A stretch of DNA of 61,279 nt, filler included, from Globobulimina sp. (lineage: Eukaryota): the NCBI GenBank assembly GCA_003354225.1. It is 15 parts of 15 records of this genome, joined end to end, with 100 filler letters (N's around TTAATTAATTAA, not from the genome) between each part and the next. Parts side by side here need not be neighbours in the genome. Positions count along the whole stretch, not along the records: positions 1 to 3,997 come from PIVH01001767.1; positions 4,098 to 8,091 come from PIVH01001768.1; positions 8,192 to 12,185 come from PIVH01001769.1; 12 more parts are not named here. One strand, written 5' to 3'. A program made the translations under genes and the position numbers. Numbering within the stretch: position 1 is the first letter of the stretch; every line of letters begins with the position of its first letter. Shown here in pieces: positions 1 to 12,285 of the stretch. Below the pieces are notes generated by a model. The model ran no database searches, was not told where the DNA came from, and saw nothing but the letters and a program-made list of their open reading frames with translations.

Positions 1-231
1 TATACAAAATAATTACAAACACCAGTTGTCACGACAGCGTGATAACTGCAGCGTGTTTCTAATTTGGTTCTAACGCACACGTGTCAAATGGGTGTTTTCA
101 CCACCTATCAACACTACGTGGCACTGCGGTTATCAGAATTAAACTTTATTAAACAATTGTGTTTTACAATAATTATCAAGTTGCTACTGTGCAAGGATCT
201 ATTTGTTGTAAAAGTTTTTTAAAAAGTGATA

Positions 232-3200
232 ATGTCGCAATACAACACCTATCGAAGGAATGTTAACAAAACAAGTGATAAAACACCATTAAAAAGTCGT
301 CGTCGGCACGATGTTAAAACACGTAAAAAATCGAAATCTATTGATGAACCAGAAGCAGCTGAACAATATTTTGAATTAAATCTGAAAATACAACAGCAAC
401 AGTTTACAATTGACAACTTACAAAAAGAATTACGCAAATACAGGGATAGAAATACAATACATGAAAATCAAGAATTTAATCAAGAACTTGAACAGCAAAC
501 AAAATTAAATGATTCTATCAATGCTTCCGAAGAGGTATATATATGCACCGATTATAAAGTGTTCTCACCCTCCAATTTATGTAAAAATATCAAAATATGT
601 AAAAGTAAAAATATGTAAAAAATACTGCGCTCCGTACGTTGCTATCATATATGCAACAAAATGACGGATATAGCAGAAACATGGAAACACCGCACCTTTA
701 TTTTACATTTATATCCACAAAAACAATTATAAAGGCGGCATTTTGTACAGTATTTATAGATAACTCTAACAATCAAATACATGTACATCATTTTGATATT
801 TCTACATTTTTAAAAATTATACCAAAACATTTTTTGCATATTCAAAAAAAACCAGAGAACTCTGACAAATGAAGAAAAATCAAAATATCTTTTCGGTGCT
901 GATAGCAAAGCAAAAGACGCAGAGATATATTTTGGTGATAATATTAATAATGATATTATTATATTATGCTTAGATGAATTAAAAGAGCGCAGAAATGATT
1001 TTAAACACAGATATGATGCCAATTATGCCAATAAAATACAGCAACGTTATGATAAATTGGCACAAAACCATACTACTAAAATTGATGATAAATATTTAAA
1101 CATCTTAAACATGGATAATCATGAATGGATTCAACTATTTGATACTACACAACACCAAAATAAGTTATATGCGTTTTTTGAGGCCCAAAAGGAGATAAAA
1201 AGCGGCAAACAACCAACCATTTGTGGGCTGCATAGTGTCATTTTAAGCAATATCAACAATCATAAAAAGCCTAAAAATGTGAAATATTCCAAACATATTC
1301 AATCGAAACTGGATGAAAATAGAACTATGTATGGCGTCCAATTGCAATGGGATCCGGAGAGTAAAAATGACGAAAAGGACGAAAATTTGCTTGGTTTGAA
1401 GGCAATAAACATACCCAACGGCTGGTTCACTGCGCAGAGTGAAATCAAAGAGTTGCATCAAAATCCATCCATTTGCACGAAAAACAATATACAGTTAACA
1501 AACATTATCGTTTCTACAACAAAAGCTACTAAAATCAATGCGAATTATTTACAAAAACGATTAAATTCAATTGGATCCGGATCGGGGCATTGTAAAATTA
1601 TAGAAATAGACAAAGATGATTCAGAGGAAGAAGAGGACGAATATGATAACGAAGAAAAGAAAGAGGACGCCACCACAAAAAATACGTGGTATTATAAAGA
1701 CAAACAACGCACAAAATTTTTAAAATCTCTTTTAATCGATGTTGATTCAGAAAATTACAAATTATTATTGTCCGTTGGCGTGTACTTAAATCACATCGTA
1801 CCAACATCCATATATTATGACGAGATCAGTGAATATTATACGTTCCCGTTAAATGCCACCAATGCCTTCGATATCATAGCTGCCTGTTTCGATGGTGTAT
1901 TACTAGCCGTTTTGATTAATTTTATTGATCCGGATTTAATAGATTTGCGTGCTTTGCATCTACCAATCAATAAATATCCAATTTGCAAACAATACGTGAT
2001 TGAAAACATGTGGGTGGTGAAGCTATGTATAACCTCATTAGATTTGCACCAATTTGCGGATTTCGGCATCGACTTTGAAGGTGGATATAAAAGAAAGAAT
2101 AATATTAATTTATTTTGTTGGTTCAATCCGTCGCAAACTGTGGAGATATTATTATTGATTATAATGCACCAATTCAATGGCATGATGGATAAGAAAATCA
2201 ATGTGCTGCGGTATCCAGAATTATTTCGACTGTGCCAACGCCGCGAAGAGCGCAAAACTGCTCAAAAAACCTCTTGCGTGGACTGGCTGAACCGATGGAT
2301 AATATATATAAAAAAACCGAAGATTAAGAAGCATGGCAGACATTTAGTTGGAGGCAACAATAATACGCAAGACTTGTTTTCTTCCATTGATTTGGGCGAC
2401 GATTTTTTCACAGTGATGCAGTTGCAAAATAATAGCAAATATGCAAACTATTTGGATGATATTCGCAGTATTCGCGGCGTGGTGGACCCGAATCGCTGTG
2501 TCGATGGATATGATGAGGCGCATTATGCTAACAATTATTTGTTGCAATTGTTATATATCTCTGATTTATTTATTGCGAATAGCAAAATTGAGAAATTATC
2601 GGCAAATGAATACAAAGCAATGATTGATTACCTCCATAAAATAGAGAGTGTCGACGGTGAGTTGATAGCATGGATCAATTCGTTTAAAATCGTAGATGAA
2701 AATGGAGAATTTCAGTATGTGGATAACTTAAATGTGTGCATTAGCGATGGAGTCATATTGTTGCGATTGTTGGATGAATGTAAGACAGGTTCCGTGGATT
2801 GGAAGTCAAAGAAAATCCGAATGTCAGCTGATATTCGACATAAATTCGACAAGTTAGCAAATTGTAATATCGTCAAAAAAATCTGTGATGAATCGTTTAA
2901 AGATATTTTCTATTTGGTGGGTATGGGCGGAAACGACATTGTTGACGGGAATAGAAAATATATTCGCGGCTTATTGTCGCAAATGCAAAGGTATCAATAT
3001 TCAAAGATATTCGCGTCGATATTGTTTAAAAAAAAGGCAGTGACTGACGAAGAATTATTGTTGTGGATGAATAATCGATTGAAAGTTTACAAGCAAATGG
3101 TCGATACCATGAATAAAATGAGGAATAACAAACAGCATATTATTATGAAACAGATTGTGCATATTAAGCACTTTCGCGATAAAGTTGCATTGAGTGATTG

Positions 3201-3519
3201 TATTAATTTTTGTAATGTGGTCTCCAGCATCACGCCGGAATGGATAAACTATTCATATGTGAATGATGAGAATGAATGTACATTTAATGGACATTTGTTT
3301 AAAATGCAGAATGCAAAATATCTGATTACAATTATGCGCCGCTTGGGATGCGATAATATCTTCATTTCTGCCAAAGATTTGGTGTCTTGCGAGCACAGAG
3401 CTGTGTTGGCTGTGGCCGCTGCCATTATGACTACAGCTGCGAGGTATAATGAATACGATCAATTGGCTCTATTCGCTAAAACGTTAAATCAGATCAAAGC
3501 AAAAATGCAAAAAAAATAA
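232..3519 (+). CDS. Divergent fimbrin/plastin-like actin-bundling protein (tandem CH domains) with long N-terminal extension; multi-exon
   Basis: Fimbrin CH motifs: DGVLLAVLINFIDPDLIDLRAL, YPELFRL, WINSF..YVDNL...SDGVILLRLLD, LVGMGGNDIVDGNRK, TDEELLLWMN, KMQNAKYLITIMRRLG. The last exon frame is open from the acceptor near 855; the 5' exons (ATG 232, donor near 535) are inferred. Confidence 0.8.
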
Positions 3520-3997
3520 AGCATGTTTTAAATTGTTAAATTGTTAGATTGTATGTATTTTTTTTGTGAATTATTTTTAATGTTTTTTGGACTGCAAATT
3601 GTATCATATCAAATCAAATCAAGATAACTAAATATTTATCTTTGTATACATTAGAAAACTTAATTAGCTCAATAGTGTATAGTTGTAGTGTTGGACTGGA
3701 TTGCAGGGTATGGCAAAGGCAATTGAATGCAACCTGTGTTGAAATAGTTGAATAAGACGCCGGCCAGAACCAAGTTATGATTTAGATTATTGTACATTTG
3801 ATTATTGTGATATGAGTTTATGGGAAATAAGCATTATGGATAGACGATATGTGATTGTATTCTGTGTGTTAAACCAAAGAATATTGGTTCCATCCGGCAA
3901 ATCTGTTGCTAGCTTCATAATCTATACCATCAAAACCACATTTATCACTTTGACATAAATTGTTATAAATTCGAAAGGGAGACTACAGGAGAGTGAT

Positions 3998-4097
3998 NNN
4001 NNNNNNNNNNNNNNNNNNNNNNNNNNNNNNNNNNNNNNNNNTTAATTAATTAANNNNNNNNNNNNNNNNNNNNNNNNNNNNNNNNNNNNNNNNNNNN
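3998..4097. other. Artificial contig-joining linker (44 N + TTAATTAATTAA + 44 N); first of 14
   Basis: Identical 100-nt linkers at 3998, 8092, 12186, 16280, 20374, 24467, 28560, 32653, 36744, 40834, 44924, 49014, 53104 and 57193. The core gives stops in all six frames, and contig lengths fall monotonically from 3997 to 3987. Confidence 0.98.
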
Positions 4098-6322
4098 GTC
4101 TCTGTTAACGCAGTGGACGCCTCCGAAGTACATATTGGTTGACCACAATTAATCTCATTATTTAGCATCAAAAACATCAAAAATAATAATACGCAGTGTT
4201 GATAAAAGCGGGATGTGATGACAATAAAACCAAAATGATCCAAATACTTATTACAACAGCCAATAACATACGGGATCCACATTCCAAATGCCATCATAAA
4301 AAATACTGCAACAAAGCGCATCACAAATGTTATTATTTTATGTACTAATTTGCAAAAAAATAATTTCTTATTTTTGTTAAAAGTGTTTTTTCGAAGTAAA
4401 CCGGGGACAGAATTGACAGAATTGATTGACACAGATTTGGACTGATAATTATTGCTAAGAGACAGCGACGGAGACAGAGACAGAGTGAATATTGGTGGCG
4501 ATGGAACCGATGCGATATCAATCACAGAGATCATATATCCGATAATATTCATCCATGAGGGTCCAATTAAGCCTTTTGTGTATAAACGCACATTTACATA
4601 AAAATCAATCGCCGCATAGATAAAAGCGAGCCGCTCCCCCATAACCGTCCCAATTAAGGAGAAAACTAATAATCGGGATAAGATCTCAAAGGTTCGGAAC
4701 GATGTTCGAAGCAGATAACCGATGGACGGCGGCCATTTCTTATTTGCTTCGACATGAAATACGTAGGAATCTTCCAAATTAAATCTATGTAATATTGAAA
4801 TTGAGGCAGATAATAAGGACACATATATCACAATATTATCAATCACATTTTTATTATCAGCGAATGAAATGACTAATCCTGATCGAACAATGATAAATGT
4901 TTGGAGCAGGGATTGAGGGACACTCTCAAAAATAGCTTTCATTTTAGAAATTAACAAAAAATTCCCCGTTTTTTTACTAATAAAATGCGAACGATACAGT
5001 TCCCAAAACAGCAATAAATCAAACAATTGTAAAATAGCTTTGGTTTTTGCAAAGGATTTGTGATAATTTTTCATATAAATCACAATTGCGGATACAATGC
5101 GATATAATAATAATAAAAATAAAGAAGCTATGAATAGGCCGGCAATGTTTACATTGTCTTCGCGTTCAATGTTTAATACGTATTCATTGTAAGCTCTCTG
5201 CGCCCACAGCACAGTCAAATAAATGTCTGTGGTCGTATCGATTATATACAATAAGACGGCGACATAGATGTGTTTGACGTGCCATATCTCTCCAAACCAT
5301 TCATTCAATGTAAATTGCCGATTCTTTATCTCTTGAATGTTTTTTTTGATTAACTTATATTTCGACCGATTCCTAAATTTTTTATGTTTCTTTCTCATTC
5401 CAGTCATTGGTAAATGAGGCTCATTGTCTTCATGGTCATGATCATTATCTGTATAATACGGATCGGTGTCATATTTTTCTTCAATGCTCGCATTTGGAAA
5501 AGATATTTGTTGTTTTATTTGTTTATTTAACGAATTTGTTTTATTCCGTCGATGGTATGAATCCATCGAATAACTGTACTCATTGTCACTGTCATTGTCA
5601 TCCATATCATCATCATCGTCATCCATATCATCATCAAGCAAATAATAATTATACGTCGTTGTATTTAATGTATTATACCTTACCGCTATATTATTATTAT
5701 TATTATCATTATCGTTGTACTTATAATCATTATTAATGCCATACGTTTGTTGTTCATTGTTGATAACAAAATGTGTATAATATTTTATATTTTTCTGATA
5801 AATATAGATTGTCCATACACAGTATATACATATTACAAAACCATTGTAATGCAAAGGAATGATGTTTTGTGGACAAGTAAATAGGAAACATTTATCAGTT
5901 TCAAAATGAAATAATCGATCACAAATATGACAATTATAACATTTATTATTTGAATCATAGTGATTGTCATCGTAAATTGTATATGGAGTGCCTTTTTGTA
6001 GCTGAATACCACAGAAACATAATATTTTAAATGAATCTAACTTTTTTCGTTTATTTTTATTTAGTTTTTTTATGGATAATGACTGATTGGAACTCATTGT
6101 TATTGATTTTATAATTTGAATATCCGATGATGGCATTTTTATAACTGGTCGTTCGATACATTTTGCTTTATTATTTTCCTGTTCTTGAATGTCTTTTTCT
6201 TTCTCAAATTTAAAATAAAAATACGGTGTAAATATTAGAAATATGATGTAAATTAAAAACAGAGTCCCACCATACAAGATGGCAATGAATAAAGGCGAGG
6301 ACTGTAGCGGGAGCAGAGGCAT
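4098..6322 (-). CDS. XK-related (Xkr-like) multi-pass membrane protein with N-terminal Cys/His-rich domain; 3' truncated by contig end
   Basis: YIIDTTTDIYL, AIFESVPQSLLQ, SLLSASISI and FRTFEILSRLLVFSL match XK-family motifs; several hydrophobic helices. Confidence 0.7.
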
Positions 6323-6362
6323 ATTAAACTGAATCAAGTATAAATTAAAAAAGTTAGTCAAC

Positions 6363-7637
6363 TCAGTCAAGTAGTTTTGCTTTAATAAATAATTGGTCAA
6401 CAGCGTCATTTAACACATCAATAGTTTGTATCGCATTATTATAAATTGTAGTTTGTGGCTCATTGTCAAATACAATGATTGCACCAGTTCCTTGATCTAA
6501 AATGCCATTGAATGTTTTATCTAAAATCATTTGTGATAATTTATTCTGTATTGCATGGATAGGCAAATGGATGAGATTTGCAATATGTTTAATTTGAACT
6601 TTTTCAAATGGTTCTAATAATCGTAATAAATTTTGTTGCAATAATTTATTTTTTAATTCATTTAACTTGTTTTTAATAACAAGGTCTTGTTGGAGAGTTT
6701 GATTGATATTTTCATTAATTATCCGTTCGAATGCTTGCAATGACCTTTTTTCGTACGAATTGGCAATCTCTTGCATCACCGATACCTCTTTGGACTGATA
6801 TTTTAAGGCCAATTTGCCACAAATTACGGATTTCACCTCGTTGGCCTGGTCGTTCATTATCTTACTTAATAACATATATTGTAAGGTTTTGGCGGCACGA
6901 ACATCTTTTAAGCCATCAAAGCCCTCAAACGCTTCATAGAAATAAGAGTATGAGGTTTTGTAATCCCTCTCTTCCGACGAGATGCTCCCGGCTTGCAAAT
7001 CAATCTCGGCCTGCAACAGCGGTCCGATATAAATGCTATTCGCCGCCGCCCGACTCGCTGTCAATGCCGCTTTTGCTTTGCCAATATTCCGCAGTGAATG
7101 ATGGATTTTGCTCTCAATTAAATGTATTTCCACCAATAAATGCTTATCATCCAATTTTTTGATCTCAATCACCAATCTATTCACCAATTTAAGTGCCAAC
7201 GAATATTGTTTATCTAATAAGTAATATTCGCATAATTTACACTCGATTTGTTGGGCCAAAAATATTCTTTTCTCCGATTTGCACCATGTTATACAATCAA
7301 TGCACAACGATATTAATAACGCATAGTCATTGCTACATTTATTTAATTTATCAATCAATGATCTCATTATTTTTCCGGTTTTGGCTTTCGAGATTCTTAA
7401 AAAAAATGGACGGACATTTAATAATAAAGCCTTTAATTCATTCATCGCACTCGATTTGCTATAAATCTCTGCTAATTCATAAATGGATTTTTCTTTCAAT
7501 AAATTTAAATGTTCTTCATCATCCTTATCATTATCGGATATTATTATTTTTTTATAAATATCAATACTTTGATTCATTGACACATCATTTAATGAACATG
7601 CTCTTTCAAATTGTTCCTCCAATTCTCTCAATGACAT
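6363..7637 (-). CDS. RPN6: 26S proteasome lid subunit RPN6/PSMD11 (PCI domain), intronless
   Basis: SKAKTGKIMRSLID, EIKKLDDKHLLVEIHLIESK, AKAALTASRAAANSIY, DYKTSYSYFYEAFEG, KLSQMILDKTFNGILDQG; full-length 424 aa. Confidence 0.97.
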   Translation of the reverse strand: MSLRELEEQFERACSLNDVSMNQSIDIYKKIIISDNDKDDEEHLNLLKEKSIYELAEIYSKSSAMNELKALLLNVRPFFLRISKAKTGKIMRSLIDKLNKCSNDYALLISLCIDCITWCKSEKRIFLAQQIECKLCEYYLLDKQYSLALKLVNRLVIEIKKLDDKHLLVEIHLIESKIHHSLRNIGKAKAALTASRAAANSIYIGPLLQAEIDLQAGSISSEERDYKTSYSYFYEAFEGFDGLKDVRAAKTLQYMLLSKIMNDQANEVKSVICGKLALKYQSKEVSVMQEIANSYEKRSLQAFERIINENINQTLQQDLVIKNKLNELKNKLLQQNLLRLLEPFEKVQIKHIANLIHLPIHAIQNKLSQMILDKTFNGILDQGTGAIIVFDNEPQTTIYNNAIQTIDVLNDAVDQLFIKAKLLD

Positions 7638-8191
7638 ATTAGAATTTCAATTTGTGCAACGCGACGATCGCTAGAGTACTCGAGACTAAGTTACCGAGTT
7701 TTTTTATCTACAAACTTTTTTTATCTAGAAATCGAGAAACTACGTACTTCGTGGTACCAAAGATTTTTTCGTAACGTTACTAGAATAACGTTATGAATTC
7801 TATCATTTTGTAACCCCACTTAGTGACAGTAAAATAGAAACGAAAACACTCTTGTACGTGATTGGTAAAAGATTGTACATATTGGTAAACAAACAAAAAA
7901 CACAAAACCTTATACAAAACAAAAAATGTTATAAATTATGGGATAATAAAAAAAAATGTGATGATTGGGATTTGGACCTAAATATTATTTAGTAAGCCAT
8001 ATTTACCATAATAAATAAATTCTATGATCCTAGTGATTTTTTTGTGAACTTTCTTTTTTAAAATGTAATGTAAATAGCCACAAATTAAAACNNNNNNNNN
8101 NNNNNNNNNNNNNNNNNNNNNNNNNNNNNNNNNNNTTAATTAATTAANNNNNNNNNNNNNNNNNNNNNNNNNNNNNNNNNNNNNNNNNNNN

Positions 8192-8424
8192 TCGCCTCCA
8201 AAATCGGTGATGTATAAAATTGGAGCAGTGTCGACTGTGTTGTCAGTCACGGCAGACATAAAATTATTTGGATGTACTTGAACATCTGATACTGGAATGT
8301 ATTTATTGATTGTATGGATATCTGATTTGTGTAATGCATTTCTTCCATTTTTGATGCTTTTCCGTGATGAATATGCTGTACATTCCTTCAATAACAATGG
8401 TAGACACAAAAAAAACAAAAACAT
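8192..8424 (-). CDS. N-terminal fragment of a secreted protein, possibly pectate lyase-3/QRT3-like beta-helix
   Basis: Signal peptide MFLFFLCLPLLLKECTA. The fragment ends at ILYITDFGG, resembling the 'V.DFGA.P.G' start of pectate_lyase_3 proteins; cut by the contig end. Confidence 0.45.
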
Positions 8425-8705
8425 TTTGAATATTTTTCTCTGCAAAACATTATTTTAGAAACACAAGAAAAATTAGCGGACCTGAGCCTCAAAACTAGAA
8501 AATCAAAAAATAAATTCAATCGTAAAAATTTCCAAGAATAACAACAAATCAAATATATAAATAAAAAAAAAACGTAAATCATAAGTCCAAAAAAACAGTA
8601 AACATAATAATAAATTATAAAAATTACACATTCATTATATACTTGACACAATTCAAAAAAAAAAGAACAATAATTTATTATAATTCATTAATAATTTGTC
8701 AATAT

Positions 8706-11700
8706 TTAGTCACCAATATCAGACAAGAATTGTTTCGTATCAATTGATAAATTCTCAATAACAAAATCCTTAAAACTATACATTTGATTTGTTGCGCGAT
8801 GATGTCTATTATTTACATGTTCAAAATAAACAATGTCATCATTCCCAATTCCAAATAAATCTGAACTTTTACTTTTGCTTTTTTTACTATCTGAGCCACT
8901 TAAACTGTCTTCTTCCGATTCTTCTTCTTTCTCTTCTAATTTCTCATTATCATAAATCGCACTTCTTCTCTTTTCTTCATTTGTTTTTGATGGTAAATTG
9001 TGAGACATTGTCGACTCATCAAAGGTTTGACTCTTTTGCAACGATATCATAGCATGGCTTAATATCGTAGCTTGCGTATTTTCTAAAATTTTGGAGTTTT
9101 CCCGATAATGTTCACTTAGCTCTTGCTCCCATTGTGTTATTTTCTTATTTCTTTCTGACGATTGCGAGTTACGCCGAATCCTTTTATTTTCTTTCTTAAA
9201 ATGATTCTTTTTATTTACAAATGACGAACTATTCGAATATGAATGTGCGTGAACACTATTTCTTATTATTTTAACATTTGGCACCATATTTTTCATCTCT
9301 TTTTTATGTTCATTTAGTTTTAATTTTTTACATAACATTTCTCGTTTATTGTTTTCAATATTTTCATCACTTCGCTTAAAATATGCAAAACAGCACGGAC
9401 ATATTATCTGTGTGCATTGCAAAACACCGCCATGCAATGCTGGAATAAGCGAATATAAAATAGATATTAAATATAACCATATGGGACACCATATAAATAA
9501 GCCAATTAACAATGTGACAACACATGATATTATCCATTTGGATGAATCTGTAATATTCGGGCCATAAATATCCATTCTATTCTCAATGACATCTCCCTGC
9601 AAAAGATTATCATCGCCCGTTATGCCAACAGTTACCAATAATTCCTCATCATCGTCGGCTATGCCATTTAACTCAAAATCATTCGAATTAATTACATCTG
9701 TTATATATTGTACAATATCTTCATACACTCTCTCATTTAATGCCTGTTTAAAATAACATTCACTGTCAGTCAATAATCGTGCCCTGTTCTCATAATACTG
9801 TTGACATTGTACACCATTTTTATCCGCAACGCAAGCATCATAAACCAAATCAAAATGTGCACCATATACAACAATCAATATCATACACAACAGACACCAC
9901 AAAATCAACAAACTCCATCCAATATTTTCCATACGATATGGTAACGGATATTCATTCAACAACAAACGTTTCCGAATAATTTCTGCTTCGACAATGTCAA
10001 ACGCATTCATTAAAATTCTTTTTTTCTTCGAATTATCCAATATTTTCTGAGCATGAGCTGGCATGGCTAAATATTCTAATTTTTCATCACTGTCTTCGTT
10101 CGCGTGCTCATTCTCATTATTATCAATGTGTTTTTTTAATTCATCATAACTATGTTCGTCCATCATCGGTCGTGGCGCATTCATGCAAGCTTTAGTTGGC
10201 CAAACGCCATTATTATTATTCCAGGATTCGGGCTGTCTACACCATGGCGGCATGTCTTCACTGTCACTGCCATTCTCATTCTGTTGATGCATATGTCCAA
10301 TACCTTCGATCTCGACCATGGTGCCGCTTCTTTTCGGCGGTGGAGGAGGTGCAGGATTTGTCCTTTTCGGCGCTTTGGGCGGCGGCGCTGTTATACTTAT
10401 TGTATTTGGTCGAGTGGCCTGTCGAAGTTGAGCAGAATCGATGCTATGTTCAGCTGAGTGAGCGCCTGCTGTATGGAGTATTTTATTTGCATTTGTCATC
10501 TCAGATATTAACCATTTAGCACATAGTTCCAATGATAATGCTTTTAGGTCAGATTCAGATAATTGATGACAGGGCGCGCAGTTTGTGAATAATTTTGTGG
10601 ACATAATTGCTTTTTTAATTTGTGAATCTCGTTCGTGTGGGCGACTAAATTGGAATAAATATATCATGACATATAACGGAATGAATGTGAATAACGAAGC
10701 CCATATCATTAACACCAATGAGCCTGTCACTGTTTCCTTCTTTTGACCATAAACTAATGCGGACACTGCACAAACAGTTAAAATGTGCGTAAAGCAGCAC
10801 CATATTCGCTGTGTGAAGGAATAATTTGTATGTTTGGTGGATGTAAATATGGATAAAATGGGATGGTAATCGCGCACATAGAAAATAAATACAGTCCATA
10901 TCTTGGTACACAAACTAATGTCTTTTCGGTTTATTTGAATCAAAGACAATGCATTGCCCGATTCGTTTATCATTTTAGTTTTAATTTCTTTATTTATAAT
11001 ATCTGGCACAGCCACTAACGGCTTGTCATCTTTTTTTGTGCAGTATTTAAGTGATATAATCCATACACATACGAATATTGCAGTTAATAATAACACGAAT
11101 ATCAAAGGAAATGGGTGTTTACCAATATGTCGTGCAGTAATATCATGGAATGATGATTTTGTAATGATATTTATTTCAGGTTTAAATTCGTCGCTATCTG
11201 CTTTGAATACTGTCAAATGTGTACATTTGCAGCGAACACAAGACAATGTATATGATTCTACGTAACATCCGCTGGAATTCCAATCGTTATTTTCGTTTTG
11301 CTGCAATGACCATTCGCATATTGGGATATCGTATGTTGATAATAGACTATGATTTGATTCATGCAATAATGTATATATTTTATCTGTATTACATATCGTA
11401 AATTCTATACCATCACAAGTGTCATTGTTTAGATTGTCTGTGACATTGATTATATTCTCTTTATCTGTCAATTGTATATTTAATATGACTTCGTTATTAT
11501 ACATGACCTCACTTACAAAGCAATTCACTGTCGATAATATATCATACATATCATTTACATAATTGCTCATATTATTTGGCCATACGATATTCGACGAATA
11601 GCCATTACATTGGCTCATATTATTCAATTCAACATAGCTTAAATCAATCTGCATCCAACACGAACTCCAATATATATTTTCATTGATCATAGAGGTCGTA

Positions 11701-12185
11701 TTTGATAACGCAGCGTTTGTAATTAATTGCGTTAAATATGTGATATTTTGTAAATCCGCATATTGTGAATTTGCACCTAAATTAAATACAAACCAAATAT
11801 GAATGGATGATATAATATCAATTAGAATATCAGACATTGTTTCATCCAATACCTCATCGCCAAATTCATCTAAATTTAATATCTCTCGCAATAAATCTTC
11901 GACCATCTCAAATAAAATAAGCGATGCATTTTCTGTGAAATATTGCGATAAAAGCACCAATGTTTGAGAAGATTGTTGAATAATATCTGATGAAGTAATA
12001 CACGATAAAGAATCATTCGACACACTGCAATTATTACCATCATACGCCGCAGATCCCGCACAAAATAAATCCAACACAGACGAAATTACATTCAACTGAT
12101 TTTCTAAATTATCATACGTTTTTGTCGAGTTTTCCATTATAACCTTTGTAAGCTCAATAATTCTAAGTTTTATTGTTGCTATTTC
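8706..12185 (-). CDS. Polycystin-1/PKDREJ-like GAIN/GPS membrane protein, 5' partial
   Basis: GPS motif CEWS...WNSSGCYV....VRCKCTHLTVF followed by a TM helix, then a PKD1-like segment (HPILSIF...NYSFTQRIWCCF...ALVYG) and further TM helices. Confidence 0.75.
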   Translation of the reverse strand, partial: EIATIKLRIIELTKVIMENSTKTYDNLENQLNVISSVLDLFCAGSAAYDGNNCSVSNDSLSCITSSDIIQQSSQTLVLLSQYFTENASLILFEMVEDLLREILNLDEFGDEVLDETMSDILIDIISSIHIWFVFNLGANSQYADLQNITYLTQLITNAALSNTTSMINENIYWSSCWMQIDLSYVELNNMSQCNGYSSNIVWPNNMSNYVNDMYDILSTVNCFVSEVMYNNEVILNIQLTDKENIINVTDNLNNDTCDGIEFTICNTDKIYTLLHESNHSLLSTYDIPICEWSLQQNENNDWNSSGCYVESYTLSCVRCKCTHLTVFKADSDEFKPEINIITKSSFHDITARHIGKHPFPLIFVLLLTAIFVCVWIISLKYCTKKDDKPLVAVPDIINKEIKTKMINESGNALSLIQINRKDISLCTKIWTVFIFYVRDYHPILSIFTSTKHTNYSFTQRIWCCFTHILTVCAVSALVYGQKKETVTGSLVLMIWASLFTFIPLYVMIYLFQFSRPHERDSQIKKAIMSTKLFTNCAPCHQLSESDLKALSLELCAKWLISEMTNANKILHTAGAHSAEHSIDSAQLRQATRPNTISITAPPPKAPKRTNPAPPPPPKRSGTMVEIEGIGHMHQQNENGSDSEDMPPWCRQPESWNNNNGVWPTKACMNAPRPMMDEHSYDELKKHIDNNENEHANEDSDEKLEYLAMPAHAQKILDNSKKKRILMNAFDIVEAEIIRKRLLLNEYPLPYRMENIGWSLLILWCLLCMILIVVYGAHFDLVYDACVADKNGVQCQQYYENRARLLTDSECYFKQALNERVYEDIVQYITDVINSNDFELNGIADDDEELLVTVGITGDDNLLQGDVIENRMDIYGPNITDSSKWIISCVVTLLIGLFIWCPIWLYLISILYSLIPALHGGVLQCTQIICPCCFAYFKRSDENIENNKREMLCKKLKLNEHKKEMKNMVPNVKIIRNSVHAHSYSNSSSFVNKKNHFKKENKRIRRNSQSSERNKKITQWEQELSEHYRENSKILENTQATILSHAMISLQKSQTFDESTMSHNLPSKTNEEKRRSAIYDNEKLEEKEEESEEDSLSGSDSKKSKSKSSDLFGIGNDDIVYFEHVNNRHHRATNQMYSFKDFVIENLSIDTKQFLSDIGD

Positions 12186-12285
12186 NNNNNNNNNNNNNNN
12201 NNNNNNNNNNNNNNNNNNNNNNNNNNNNNTTAATTAATTAANNNNNNNNNNNNNNNNNNNNNNNNNNNNNNNNNNNNNNNNNNNN

